This document shows positions 19,075-28,705 of a DNA stretch of 64,000 nt, piece by piece; within the stretch, counting starts at the first letter, position 1, and each line of letters starts with the position of its first letter. The notes beneath the pieces were generated by a model, which made no database searches, had not been told where the DNA came from, and saw nothing but the letters and a program-made list of their open reading frames with translations. Location: the IMG/VR virus record IMGVR_UViG_3300047440_000809, positions 32,001-96,000 of that record. One strand, written 5' to 3'. The DNA comes from a virus. Made by a program: the position numbers and the translations under genes.

Positions 19075-20457
19075 ATGGGGACCATGGCACTCGACGCACG
19101 AAGCAAGCTGGCAGCTGCAATCATCCGGGTGGTGGGCGTGGACCCCTACAACACCGACGCCAACAAGCGCGGGCTGGCTCCGTACTTCGGGGCCATCCTG
19201 CGCGGGTTGGTACGGCGCGAGGCCCCCGGGCTCGGCACCATCGGCGTGTCCAAGGTCGGGGTGCTCTACTGGGACCCCGCCTTCGTGGACAAGACCACCA
19301 CCGAGGAGCTGTCCGCGGGGCTCATCCACGAGGTCATGCACGTGGCGCTCAAGCACTGCCAGCGCTTCGAGGACATGGGCGTGGTCGCGGAGGCGACCTC
19401 GGACCAGGGTGCCAAGGCGTTCATCGCGAACATGGCGGCCGACCTCGCAATCAACCCGGACGTCGAGAAGATGGCGGCGCTGCCGAAGGGCGGTCTGTTC
19501 CCCAAGGACTTCGACCTGCCGGACGGGCTCGTGATGGAGGAGTATTACCGGCTGCTGCTCAAGCAGGCCGAGGAGCAACAGCAGCAGGATGGCGGCGGGG
19601 GACAGGGCGAAGAGGACGGTGAGGGCGAGGACGGTGAGGGACAAGGGCAAGGCAACAAGCAGGGCAAGCCCGCGGTCGGGAAGGGCTGGTGCGGATCGTG
19701 CGCCGGCCACCCGCTGCCCCAGGAGCCCGCGGCGCAGGGCAAGAAGGACGAGGAGGGACGCAGCGAGGCCGACATGGAGCGCTTCCGCAAGCAGAGCGCG
19801 GAGGCCGTGCGGGAGGCGGCGCAGAAGAACCGGGGGTTCGTGCCGGACTCGCTCAAGGTCTGGGCCGACCAGATCCTCTCGCCCCCGAAGATCCCGTGGC
19901 GGGAGAAGCTGGCGCGCATCGTGCGCGGGGCGGTCGCCTACAAGAGCGGCGCGGTGGACCTCACCTGGAAGCGCCCGAGCCGGCGGCAGGCAGGCGTGGG
20001 CTACGGCATCGGGCGGCCCATCGTGCCGGCGATGCACGCGCCCGTGCCGGACGTGGCGGTGGTCGTGGACACGAGCGGGAGTATGGGCGACAGCGACCTC
20101 GCGGCGGCCGCGTCCGAGCTGGGCGGCGTGCTCGACGCGGTAGGCGCCAAGGTCACGGTGGTCGCCTGTGACGCCGAGGTACACGGGCTCCGCGAGTGCA
20201 AGACCATCCACGAGGCGGTGGAGCTGTTCGTGGGCGGGGGCGGCACCTCGATGGAGCCGGCGATGCAGGCGCTCCTGGAGAAGCGGCCTCAGCCGAGCGT
20301 CGTCATCATCTGCACGGACGGACACATCGGGGACGGGTACTTGAAGCACGAGCCGCCCTACAAGGTGATCTGGTGCGTGGTCGGGGCGGGCGGCAACACG
20401 GAGCCGTGCCCCTACGGGGACGTGGTGGTCGTGGACGACAGCGCGGTGCAGTCATGA
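19075..20457 (+). CDS. Metallopeptidase-like + VWA-like protein (DUF2201-type)
   Basis: HEVMH zinc motif, Q/G/E linker, VWA MIDAS DTSGS, GGGGT, TDG. Confidence 0.85.
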   Translation: MGTMALDARSKLAAAIIRVVGVDPYNTDANKRGLAPYFGAILRGLVRREAPGLGTIGVSKVGVLYWDPAFVDKTTTEELSAGLIHEVMHVALKHCQRFEDMGVVAEATSDQGAKAFIANMAADLAINPDVEKMAALPKGGLFPKDFDLPDGLVMEEYYRLLLKQAEEQQQQDGGGGQGEEDGEGEDGEGQGQGNKQGKPAVGKGWCGSCAGHPLPQEPAAQGKKDEEGRSEADMERFRKQSAEAVREAAQKNRGFVPDSLKVWADQILSPPKIPWREKLARIVRGAVAYKSGAVDLTWKRPSRRQAGVGYGIGRPIVPAMHAPVPDVAVVVDTSGSMGDSDLAAAASELGGVLDAVGAKVTVVACDAEVHGLRECKTIHEAVELFVGGGGTSMEPAMQALLEKRPQPSVVIICTDGHIGDGYLKHEPPYKVIWCVVGAGGNTEPCPYGDVVVVDDSAVQS

Positions 20458-20948
20458 TCCGCGACGTCAACAACTCCGACCTCGACAAGGCACTCCGCCG
20501 CCTGCGGAATCGCCTGACGAAGCTGCCCGCCACCACCGACCGTCCCATTGCTCGCCGCAACGCCCGGCGCTCGGTGCTCTCGGCCATGAGCCTGCTGAGG
20601 GCGGCAGTCGATCGGCTCTACCCGGCCATCGTCGAGCGCAAGGAGGTCGTGCGGCTCAAGACCACGAAGGGCCGGCTCGACCGCATCCGGAAGGCGGGCT
20701 GGCGGGACGTCCCAGGCGACCCCGAGGATATCGCGCAGTACGCGGCGGCCGGGGTGCGCGTGCGGCGCATCGTCATCAAGGATCCGGTTGGTCCGCTTCA
20801 GCCCCGCGATTACGTAACTCGTACCTTCTGGTTCGTGCCCGGTTGGGCGGCGGCCATTGGGTCCGACAAGCATCGCGAGCTGGCCGAGGCCAAGCGGTCG
20901 CGGACGGCACAGCGTGCCGCCCTTGCGGCGGAGGCGCTCACCACGTAG
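20454..20948 (+). CDS. Basic hypothetical protein
   Basis: ATGA overlap; ends RAALAAEALTT. Confidence 0.55.
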   Translation: MIRDVNNSDLDKALRRLRNRLTKLPATTDRPIARRNARRSVLSAMSLLRAAVDRLYPAIVERKEVVRLKTTKGRLDRIRKAGWRDVPGDPEDIAQYAAAGVRVRRIVIKDPVGPLQPRDYVTRTFWFVPGWAAAIGSDKHRELAEAKRSRTAQRAALAAEALTT

Positions 20949-20952
20949 CTCG

Positions 20953-20987
20953 TGATATCAGGACTTGTACCTGGCATTCAGTTTGCT
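20953..20987 (+). promoter_or_regulatory. TGATATCA box + sigma54 promoter
   Basis: TGATATCAGGACT (identical to 19043-19055); TGGCATTCAGTTTGCT at 20972-20987. Confidence 0.7.
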
Positions 20988-21014
20988 AATCTGTTGGCAC
21001 GGAGGGAGATAGAG

Positions 21015-21932
21015 ATGAGCACAGCAAGAGTAACCGATTACGTCATCACCCCGGAGGCGGTCGAGACCGCCGGGTGCGTCACCTACTGGCGCGTGTCGGG
21101 CGACGTCAACATCGATGCGTTCACCAAGGCGTGGATCGACGCGGGCCTGGACGCGAAGTTCCTGCGCAAGGCGCCGGAGCCTGCGACCGCGCTGCGCCGT
21201 GCGGTCCTGGGCCTCGCTGATCGGAAGGCGGTCGGCGAGACGAAGGAAATCCGCACGCTCGTGCGTCCGCAGCAGGAGCCCCACTCCTGGGCGGTCGTCA
21301 CCGAGGTCGTGGAGAAGGGCGAGGCGCCACGGTACAGCACGCAAGTCATCGTCAGCTTCGTGGATGGTCACCCCCAGTTCGAGACGCTCACCCACAGCGA
21401 GGAGGACGCGTCGAACATCAGCGCTCGCGTCCTCCTCGCCTACAACAGCCAGCAGGGCTCGTTCGCCACGGAGGACATCACGGGCTGGCTGGTCAAGCTG
21501 GCGCGCCTCCAGGGCGCCATCACCCTGCGCGAGTCGGGCGGCGTCTACTTCATCCCCCGTCCGTCGATGGACTTCTGGACGAAGGCCGCCGACGTGGTCG
21601 AGGCGGTATCGGGCAAGGGCCATCAGGTCTTCCGCATCCCGGCCATGAAGAACTCAGAGGCCGTGGCCGCCATCGTGGACGCGATCCAGGCCGAGGCCGC
21701 CAAGGTCGCCGAGACGATGGAGGAGGAGCTGCTCGCGACCGGCGACGACCAGCTCGGCAAGCGCGCCGTCAAGACCCGGCAGACGGACGTCGAGGCGCTG
21801 CTCGGCAAGCTCGCCGACTACGAGACCCTGCTCGGTCTCCAGCTCGACGTGCGGGCGCGGGTCGAGGCGCTCCAGGCCAACCTCGCGGCGGCGGCCATGT
21901 TGGCGCTGCCGGGAGAGGCGGTGTCGTCGTGA
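21015..21932 (+). CDS. DUF6744/DUF3150-like mobile-element protein
   Basis: G..TYW N-terminus, LRESGGVYFIP, C-terminal coiled coil; same RBS as 17880. Confidence 0.6.
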   Translation: MSTARVTDYVITPEAVETAGCVTYWRVSGDVNIDAFTKAWIDAGLDAKFLRKAPEPATALRRAVLGLADRKAVGETKEIRTLVRPQQEPHSWAVVTEVVEKGEAPRYSTQVIVSFVDGHPQFETLTHSEEDASNISARVLLAYNSQQGSFATEDITGWLVKLARLQGAITLRESGGVYFIPRPSMDFWTKAADVVEAVSGKGHQVFRIPAMKNSEAVAAIVDAIQAEAAKVAETMEEELLATGDDQLGKRAVKTRQTDVEALLGKLADYETLLGLQLDVRARVEALQANLAAAAMLALPGEAVSS

Positions 21933-22393
21933 CCATCACCGCCGATACGACGACAGGCGAGCTGGAGAGAGTGTTTGCATACCTCCGGTGCCCCTTCCGC
22001 GTCATCCCGCGCCGTCTGAGCGGAGGCGGCTTCACCTTCATCATCCAGGTGCAGGTGCCGGGCGGTAGCGCCACGTTCTCCAACGCCTCGTTCGCGGCGG
22101 CGCTCGACAGCTCCATCGCTTTCATGACGTTGCAGAAGCACGAGCGGGTCGCCACAGCCACCGCTGACCCGGAGGGCGCGCGCGTCGGCCCGGCGCCGAT
22201 GCCCGATCCCACACGGGTTGGCTACGCGACCGCCCCCGCCCACTGCGCGGCGTGCGGGCACGGGGAGGACTCGGGCACGAGCTACAACCCGCTCGAACCG
22301 TGCATCAACTGCGGCGCCTCCACGCCGTGCACGTTGCCGAACGGCCACGAGGACGGCCAGCACAGGGTGCATGAGGAAGAGGCCGTACAGTGA
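21929..22393 (+). CDS. Hypothetical protein with CxxC pairs
   Basis: CAAC, CINC. Confidence 0.5.
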   Translation: MTITADTTTGELERVFAYLRCPFRVIPRRLSGGGFTFIIQVQVPGGSATFSNASFAAALDSSIAFMTLQKHERVATATADPEGARVGPAPMPDPTRVGYATAPAHCAACGHGEDSGTSYNPLEPCINCGASTPCTLPNGHEDGQHRVHEEEAVQ

Positions 22394-22580
22394 CCTTCAC
22401 CGGCGTCAAGACCTTCACGGGGACGACCTCGGGCGCGCGGGAGACACTCGGGGACAAGTTCAACCTCTGGCTGCGTCAGCACCGCGAGGTCGAGGTGGTC
22501 GAGACGCGCGTTCTCCAGTCGTCAGATAACGCGTACCATTGCTTGACGATCATATGCTTCTACAACACCAAGGAGTCGTC

Positions 22581-23246
22581 ATGAACTTCTTCAGGGACAC
22601 CTCGATCGGGTTCGGCGTCATGTTCACGCTCGTGCTCCTCTGCATGCTCGGCTGCGGGTCCGTGGATGCGCTGGCAGTGCCAGACGGCGGGGGCGAGGCA
22701 GCGGCGGGCAGCGGTGGCGCAGGCGGAGCGGCAGGGACGATGGGCATGGGCGGCTCGACGGGCGGCAGCATGGCCGGAGCCGGCGGGGGCGCCGCGGGCG
22801 CAAGTGGCGGAGCTACCGGTGCGGCAGGATCGGCCGGGCTGCCGCTCGGGGCTGCGTGCACGGCGAACAGCGCATGCAGCGCGCCGCACATCTGCGCGGC
22901 CGACGTCAACGGTGGGATGGCCTGCTGCGACGGGCACCCCGATGCCTGCAACGCGTGCGTGCAGGGCCACCTCCAGCCGGTAGCGGACGGCACGCTGTGC
23001 GGATCGGCGCCGCCGCCGGGGACCATCATCTGCACCGGCACGTACACGATGGCGCCGGGCAACATCGAAGTCTACCCGTCGATCAGCGCCAACGCGTGCA
23101 CGGGCGGAACGTGCGGCCCCGCGGTCCTGTCGTGCGCCAGCCAGGTCACGTGCCCGTCCGGACTGCACCCTGGATGCCGCGTGGACATCCTCTCCAGCGG
23201 CCCGGCCAAGATGGAAGGGGCGGGCTGCGGCTGCGCGATGTACTGA
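22581..23246 (+). CDS. Myxobacterial-type lipoprotein (Gly-rich linker, Cys-rich domain)
   Basis: Hydrophobic signal ending MLGC, GGAGG linker, many Cys. Confidence 0.7.
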   Translation: MNFFRDTSIGFGVMFTLVLLCMLGCGSVDALAVPDGGGEAAAGSGGAGGAAGTMGMGGSTGGSMAGAGGGAAGASGGATGAAGSAGLPLGAACTANSACSAPHICAADVNGGMACCDGHPDACNACVQGHLQPVADGTLCGSAPPPGTIICTGTYTMAPGNIEVYPSISANACTGGTCGPAVLSCASQVTCPSGLHPGCRVDILSSGPAKMEGAGCGCAMY

Positions 23247-23455
23247 AATGGGTCTTGGCAAGGACGATCAAGGGCGCCGGCGCCCGTGGCGCGAAGTCGT
23301 GCACATCGATGACCGTGACACACGCGGTGGTGGATCGTGCTGGTTCTTGACGCTCGCGTGTGGCCACTACAAGACGGTGTCGGTGCCGCTGGCGAGCAAT
23401 CCGTTCAGAGGGATACTGTGCCGGCCGCCTCGTGCCCCCTTCCGCGTCCGCTGTA

Positions 23456-24355
23456 TTAGCTGCCCGTCCGAAGCCGATACGCCAGCTCCACCGCCGGCCG
23501 CGCGTCCTCGATCCCATGGCCGCGCCCGGCGAGCGTCTCGCGGTATACGGTCGAGTGGAGATTCTCGAAGCCAATGAGCTGCGTGCGGTATCCGTCCATG
23601 TCGATGTAGCGTTCCGCCTCGCCGTTCGCTGCATCCTGCCCATCGATCGAGAGTAGCCACTCTACGTTTGCGCGTTCGAGCCGCAATACTCCCCTAGCGC
23701 GCGTTGCGGATCGCTGGACGTTCGCGATGGACTCGCCGGGGCCGAACAGCCACAGCAGAAGGTCGAGCATATGGATGCCGATGTTCGTGATGAGCCCACC
23801 GCTCTTCTCCTCAGCACCCTTCCAGCTTCGCGCGTACCAGCGGCCGCGCGGCGTGACGTAGTGGAGCTTCACCTGATCCGCACGGCGTGTACCAGGAAGA
23901 CGAAGGGACTGACGTAGCGCTTTTAGCTTCTCTGCATGTCGGAGCTGCAAGACAGTGAAGACGCGCCGCTGGTCTTCTGCGCCGAGCCCGAACGCTGTCT
24001 CCACGTCGCTGAGCGCATCCAGGTTCTTCGGGTCGAGCACGAGCGGCTTCTCGCAGATCACCCGAGCACCAGCGCGCAGCCCGAGGCGCACGTGCGTGTC
24101 GTGCAGGTGATTCGGTGAGCACACCGAAAGCCAGTCGATGCCGTTGCCCTCGCGCCGCAGCTTCTCCAGGTGACGCTCGAACCGCTCGGGCTCAGTGAAG
24201 AACTCCGTGTCGCGATCGAACCTGTCTAGCACCCCCACCGCATCGTGGAGGTCGAGCGCGGCCACGAGCTTGCCGCCGACGTCCTTGATGGCCTGTAGGT
24301 GGCGGGGGGCGACGAAGCCGGCGGCGCCGATGAGCGCGAAGCGCGGGGGGGTCAC
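23456..24355 (-). CDS. wbpB: Gfo/Idh/MocA oxidoreductase, WbpB-like UDP-GlcNAcA 3-dehydrogenase
   Basis: FALIGAAGFVAPRHL, CSPNHLH, ICEKPLV, SWKG.EEKSGGLITNIGIH. Confidence 0.8.
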   Translation of the reverse strand: MTPPRFALIGAAGFVAPRHLQAIKDVGGKLVAALDLHDAVGVLDRFDRDTEFFTEPERFERHLEKLRREGNGIDWLSVCSPNHLHDTHVRLGLRAGARVICEKPLVLDPKNLDALSDVETAFGLGAEDQRRVFTVLQLRHAEKLKALRQSLRLPGTRRADQVKLHYVTPRGRWYARSWKGAEEKSGGLITNIGIHMLDLLLWLFGPGESIANVQRSATRARGVLRLERANVEWLLSIDGQDAANGEAERYIDMDGYRTQLIGFENLHSTVYRETLAGRGHGIEDARPAVELAYRLRTGS

Positions 24356-24744
24356 GCCGGCACCGGAGGCGCCAGGAGCGCCTGCTCGCCCTTGAGCGCC
24401 AACGATGTCTCCTCGATCAGGTCGTCCTTGGCGCGAATGACCTCATCGGCTACCCCGGGGCGCCTCACGACGATGAACAGCTCGCGCCAGATGATCGTGA
24501 CCATCTCCGGGTCAGCGCACTTGGCGTACTCCCCGAGCCACCATGCCCCGTTACCGGTCGAGCGGCTGTACGGCTCGTGCCGCCTCCAGACCTTGCCGAT
24601 AACGGTGCCTGACGGGACGGTGCAGGAGTAGTCGTCGAGGTCTTCGAGGTGTTCGAGCGGGATCGTGGCTGTCTTCTCGTCCAGCTTGAGCCCGAGATCG
24701 ACGAGCTTCTGCTTCCACTTCTCCTCTTCCTTCGTCCAGTCCAT
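24352..24744 (-). CDS. Hypothetical protein
   Basis: ORF from MDWTKEEE; YSCTVPSGT..GKVWRR. Confidence 0.55.
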   Translation of the reverse strand: MDWTKEEEKWKQKLVDLGLKLDEKTATIPLEHLEDLDDYSCTVPSGTVIGKVWRRHEPYSRSTGNGAWWLGEYAKCADPEMVTIIWRELFIVVRRPGVADEVIRAKDDLIEETSLALKGEQALLAPPVPA

Positions 24745-24802
24745 GGCGCTCAGCCTATCCCATTGACGCTGTGCCAACAATACAGCATCATCGGTGACTG
24801 GC

Positions 24803-24952
24803 ATGGAGAAAAAGACGACGACGATCACCATTCGCCTCACCGTGGAGCTGAAGACTCAGATCTACGAGGCGATGGCACGCGAGCGTCGCAGCCTGACCAA
24901 CTTCGTCGTGTGTGCGCTAGAAGATCGAATCGCGGCCAAGAAGGACAGCTAG
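24803..24952 (+). CDS. Ribbon-helix-helix DNA-binding protein (not in ORF track)
   Basis: MEKKTTTITIRLTVELKTQIYEAMARERRSLTNFVVCALEDRI. Confidence 0.7.
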   Translation: MEKKTTTITIRLTVELKTQIYEAMARERRSLTNFVVCALEDRIAAKKDS

Positions 24953-26334
24953 TGAAGATCGTCGTCCTCGACTCCACCTCGATCCCTGGCGTCACACACG
25001 GCCCCGGGATGCCCGCCTACTTCAGCCGCCCTGCTATCGACTACCTCACGCAGCAACTCAAACACGAGGTCGTCATCGCCGACAGCTTCGACCCAGCGCT
25101 GTGCGCAGCCGCCGACGTGGTCTGGGCCGAGTGGATAACCGAGCCGGCGTACCAGGCGGCGGCCTCGGGTGTGTGCAAGCGGCTCGTGCTCCGCTGCAAG
25201 GGGTTCGACGCGCACGGCCCCCTCGACCAGCTCCGGTGGAACAACGTAGACGCGCTCGTGTACGAGAGCCCGCACGTGCGCCGGTTGGCCGAGGTGCGCT
25301 TCCCTGCGCTCGCCGACTTCAAGCCGGTGTTTGTCTTCCCGAGCGGCCTCGACCTCACGGCCATCCCGTTCAAGGAGCGCCAAGCGGGACCGGTCATCGC
25401 GTTCGTCGGACGCGCGGTGGCGGACAAGGGCTACCAGCTCGCGTACGAGTGGGCGCGCGAAAAGCCGCTGTTTCAGTTCCACATGACGTGCTCACTCGCC
25501 GAAGCGAACCCGCGCTTCATGGGCTACCTCGAACACGCGCGCCCACCGAACGTGACCTTGCACGGCACCGTGGACGATCCGGTGAAGTGGCTCCAGCAGA
25601 TTGACGCAAACTACTTCCTGTCGGCGTCCATCCAGGAGGCGCCGGGGTATGCGATTGCCGAGGCGATGGCGCTCGGGATCAAGCCGCTCATCCACGATGG
25701 CCCTGGGATCTCCGACCACTGGCCGCTCTACCTCACATGGCGGAGCTTCGACGATCTGAATCGGATGATGGCGCTACCCCACGACTCGGCGCTCTATCGG
25801 CAGATCGTCGATAACCAGTTCGACGCCTTCCAGCGCTCGAAGGAATTCGCGTCGGTGCTGCTCGATGCTCCTGCTCGCGACACCACCGCGGCCGTGAAGG
25901 TGGCGACGCAGCAGGCAGAGACCGTTACCACAGCGACAATCGAGCACGTGTTCGGCGCGATCCGCCGTGCGGTCGACAATCCCAACTATCCCATGGACGT
26001 GCTCGACGCCGGCGTCACCAGCTTCCGTGCACAGACCGAGTTGCACGGCGAATACGCGGAGCTGCGCTACGGCGCGGCACTCGGTGCGGCCATCGCGTTC
26101 TACAACCACAGCGATCTCGCCCGCGCTGAAGTGTGGGCGTGCCGTGCCCTCCTCGACTTCGCGCGGCCGGACGTGCTCGTCCTACTCGGGGAGATCGCGC
26201 TCGGCCGCGGAGATCGCCAGGGCGCCACCCAGTGGTTCAAGGCTGCGTGCGCAGTGGACGACGTGCCACATCCACATCGGAACGTGGGGCTGACCGAGCG
26301 CCGGCGGGAACGTCTGAAGGAAGCGCTGCGGTGA
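24952..26334 (+). CDS. GT-B (GT4-like) glycosyltransferase with C-terminal TPR
   Basis: FVGR....KG, SASIQEAPGYAIAEAMALG; TPR-like helices. Confidence 0.8.
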   Translation: MKIVVLDSTSIPGVTHGPGMPAYFSRPAIDYLTQQLKHEVVIADSFDPALCAAADVVWAEWITEPAYQAAASGVCKRLVLRCKGFDAHGPLDQLRWNNVDALVYESPHVRRLAEVRFPALADFKPVFVFPSGLDLTAIPFKERQAGPVIAFVGRAVADKGYQLAYEWAREKPLFQFHMTCSLAEANPRFMGYLEHARPPNVTLHGTVDDPVKWLQQIDANYFLSASIQEAPGYAIAEAMALGIKPLIHDGPGISDHWPLYLTWRSFDDLNRMMALPHDSALYRQIVDNQFDAFQRSKEFASVLLDAPARDTTAAVKVATQQAETVTTATIEHVFGAIRRAVDNPNYPMDVLDAGVTSFRAQTELHGEYAELRYGAALGAAIAFYNHSDLARAEVWACRALLDFARPDVLVLLGEIALGRGDRQGATQWFKAACAVDDVPHPHRNVGLTERRRERLKEALR

Positions 26335-26990
26335 ACCCCGCCATCCCCAAGGTCTTCCACCAGATCTGGATCGGGCCCAACCCGCTCCCCGACGAGTTCA
26401 GGCGCTACGCGCGCACGTGGCTCGAAAGCCATCCAGGCTGGGAGCTGGAGCTGCACACCGAAGCCACACTCAAGACGCGCTACCGACACATCATCTCGCA
26501 GTGTCGCGAGTACCGGCACGCCGCCAACATCTTCCGCTACGAGCTGATGCTCGAAACCGGCGGTGTCTATATCGACACGGACTTAGAGTGCCTGCGGAAC
26601 ATCGAAGAGCTGCTCGACGCCGACTTCGTGACGGCCGCTCAGCGAGACATCCTGTTCGGCCCTGATGCCATCAACAATGCCTTCTTCGCGTGCATCCCAC
26701 GGCATCCCGTCCTGCAACGGCTAGTCGCGGCGATTCCGGTGACCTACGAAGAGAACCTGCACGCGGGTGCCTTCGGAAAATCCCACTTCGGCCCGGCGCT
26801 ATTCACGCAGCATGTGATGCTCGGGTACGCGCGCAGCGTGGAAGACGTAATCATCCTCGACCGCAAGCTCTTCTACCCGTACGGCCCGCACGAGCTTGCT
26901 CGGCGCGACGAAGCCTTCCCCTATGCCTATGCCGTGCACCACTGGGCGTCGTCGAAGGGTCTCACCGGTAAGGGCATCCTCTCGCTGTGA
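26331..26990 (+). CDS. GT32/OCH1-like DXD glycosyltransferase
   Basis: IPKVFHQIWIG, RYELM...GGVYIDTD, AVHHW. Confidence 0.85.
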   Translation: MNPAIPKVFHQIWIGPNPLPDEFRRYARTWLESHPGWELELHTEATLKTRYRHIISQCREYRHAANIFRYELMLETGGVYIDTDLECLRNIEELLDADFVTAAQRDILFGPDAINNAFFACIPRHPVLQRLVAAIPVTYEENLHAGAFGKSHFGPALFTQHVMLGYARSVEDVIILDRKLFYPYGPHELARRDEAFPYAYAVHHWASSKGLTGKGILSL

Positions 26991-27985
26991 CCCTGCGCGT
27001 CCTCTACGTGTCAGCCTATCCCCTCCCCTATTCGGAGTCGTACACGCACACCGAGATTCGTTGGATGCAGGCGCAAGGAGTCGACGTGCGACTGTGGGCG
27101 AAGAGCAGGGCCAACGCCCCCGGGTATCCACTCGCCGCGCACGAGACAATCGGCGGTTCGGTCAGCACCGTCATCAACGAGTTCAAGCCCCACGTGATCC
27201 ACAGCCATCGCGTGGACTCGGCGCTTGCTGTCTGGCCCACCGCCGACATGCGCGGCATCCCGCTGACGATCCGCGGGCACAGCGTGGACTTCGCCGAGCG
27301 TGACTACCGAAAGCTCACCGGTGCGGCGCGCATCTGGCTCTTCCCCCACATGGCGGTGCTCTTCCCCGACCAGCCAAACGTCGAGGCGATGCCCGTGGCC
27401 TACGACTCCACCTTGTTCTACCCCGAAGAGCCGGACCCGCGGCGCTACGTGGTGCGCGCTGGGTTCTGCAACACGAACAAGGACGTCTCGGGGTTCATGG
27501 CTGTCGCGCAGCTGTGCCCGACGTTAGCGTTCGAGCTGATCGTGACCGGTCCATACCGCGAGTTCATCGAGGAGGTCGAGGCAGCGGCACCACCGAACGT
27601 GCGCATGCACAAGACCAAGACGAACGAGGAGGCGGCCGCGATCGTGCGCAAGGCGTGGGTCTGCCTCCGGAGCCACGACACGGGCGCGCACGCCTACGGG
27701 ATGCCCGTGTCGATCGCCGAGGCGATGGGCGCCGGACTGCCAGTCGTCGTGCGAGCGCGAGATCCCTACGGTACGGCGCGCTTCGGTCCGGAGGACTACG
27801 TGGGAACCGCGGGATGCCTCTACCAGACCCACGTCGAGGGGGCAAGGTTCGTACACGAGGCGGTCGGGTGGGCGCGTGCCCGGTGGGAAAAGGTCCGGAC
27901 GGAGACGGTCATGCAGGCCGCCCGGTACCGCGCAGACGTCGTGCTCCCCCGCATGCTCGATACCTGGCTCGACCTCGCAACTTGA
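26987..27985 (+). CDS. GT-B (GT4-like) glycosyltransferase
   Basis: YP..SESY...EI; YGMPVSIAEAMGAGLPVV. Confidence 0.75.
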   Translation: MTLRVLYVSAYPLPYSESYTHTEIRWMQAQGVDVRLWAKSRANAPGYPLAAHETIGGSVSTVINEFKPHVIHSHRVDSALAVWPTADMRGIPLTIRGHSVDFAERDYRKLTGAARIWLFPHMAVLFPDQPNVEAMPVAYDSTLFYPEEPDPRRYVVRAGFCNTNKDVSGFMAVAQLCPTLAFELIVTGPYREFIEEVEAAAPPNVRMHKTKTNEEAAAIVRKAWVCLRSHDTGAHAYGMPVSIAEAMGAGLPVVVRARDPYGTARFGPEDYVGTAGCLYQTHVEGARFVHEAVGWARARWEKVRTETVMQAARYRADVVLPRMLDTWLDLAT

Positions 27986-28102
27986 CGGACGGTCGCCCTT
28001 CGGTTTCAATCGATCTCACATAGGGGGGAGCAATCCCCTCGCCGCGACCTGAGTAACAGGCGCCTATCGCTGGGGATGGTCCCCGGTGACGGGCGCCTTT
28101 TT
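27982..28102 (+). promoter_or_regulatory. sigma70-like promoter, structured leader and terminator ahead of 28177
   Basis: TTGACG-17-TTCAAT; GGGGA-GCAA-TCCCC hairpin 28025-28038; AGGCGCC...GGCGCCT-TTTT 28058-28102. Confidence 0.5.
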
Positions 28103-28176
28103 GTTTTGGTCGTGGTCTCTGCTGCGATCGGGTCGCGGCCGAGCACGGGGGGCCCGCTCCCGAGGAGAACACACCA

Positions 28177-28674
28177 ATGGGAACCGCACAGAATTTCGGT
28201 CAGACGCACAAGAAGCTCTACTTCGACGTGACCTGGGGAACGACGGTGGGCGCGCAGGCGTTCGCCTGTACGGCATTCCGCACCGGCCTGACAGGCGACC
28301 GCTTCGGCGCGCTCATGAAGGCGATGCAGGCGTGCACGGGGGGCACACCGCAGTCGGTCATGGCGGAGAGCGAGTGCTCGGCCTGGTTCCAGTGTCTCCG
28401 CACCGCCACGGTCTCGGGCGGTGTCCACATCGGGTTCAACGTCTACTTCGCGGCTCCCACGGTCGGGAAGATCACCACCGGGCAGCTCCCGGCGACGGGA
28501 CACTTCGCGGCGCTGCCGGCGGATCTCGTCGGGATGGTCGCGGGCCAGAGCGCCGTGTTCGGGACGGTGGGGACCGCGCGGAACTTCTCGGTCGTCGTCG
28601 CGAAGCAGCAGGCGACGACCGCGGCCGTCTCGGGCGTGCTCTACGTCCAGCGGCAGCACTCGATCGAGGTCTGA
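28177..28674 (+). CDS. Beta-rich protein, candidate virion protein
   Basis: Strong RBS GAGGAG; alternating beta-strand pattern. Confidence 0.6.
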   Translation: MGTAQNFGQTHKKLYFDVTWGTTVGAQAFACTAFRTGLTGDRFGALMKAMQACTGGTPQSVMAESECSAWFQCLRTATVSGGVHIGFNVYFAAPTVGKITTGQLPATGHFAALPADLVGMVAGQSAVFGTVGTARNFSVVVAKQQATTAAVSGVLYVQRQHSIEV

Positions 28675-28705
28675 TCCAGCATAAAGCTGGTAGACTCCGG
28701 GGCGG

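Noticed and set aside
18033-20349. Long antisense ORFs (and similar ones elsewhere)
   Set aside because: High-GC shadow frames opposite well-supported genes.
24771-24800. sigma54 promoter on the minus strand
   Set aside because: Shares TGCTGTATTGTTGGC with the 17669 promoter but lacks GG at -24.
28020-28105. Known riboswitch or tRNA
   Set aside because: Hairpins are present but I could not match a known aptamer or cloverleaf.
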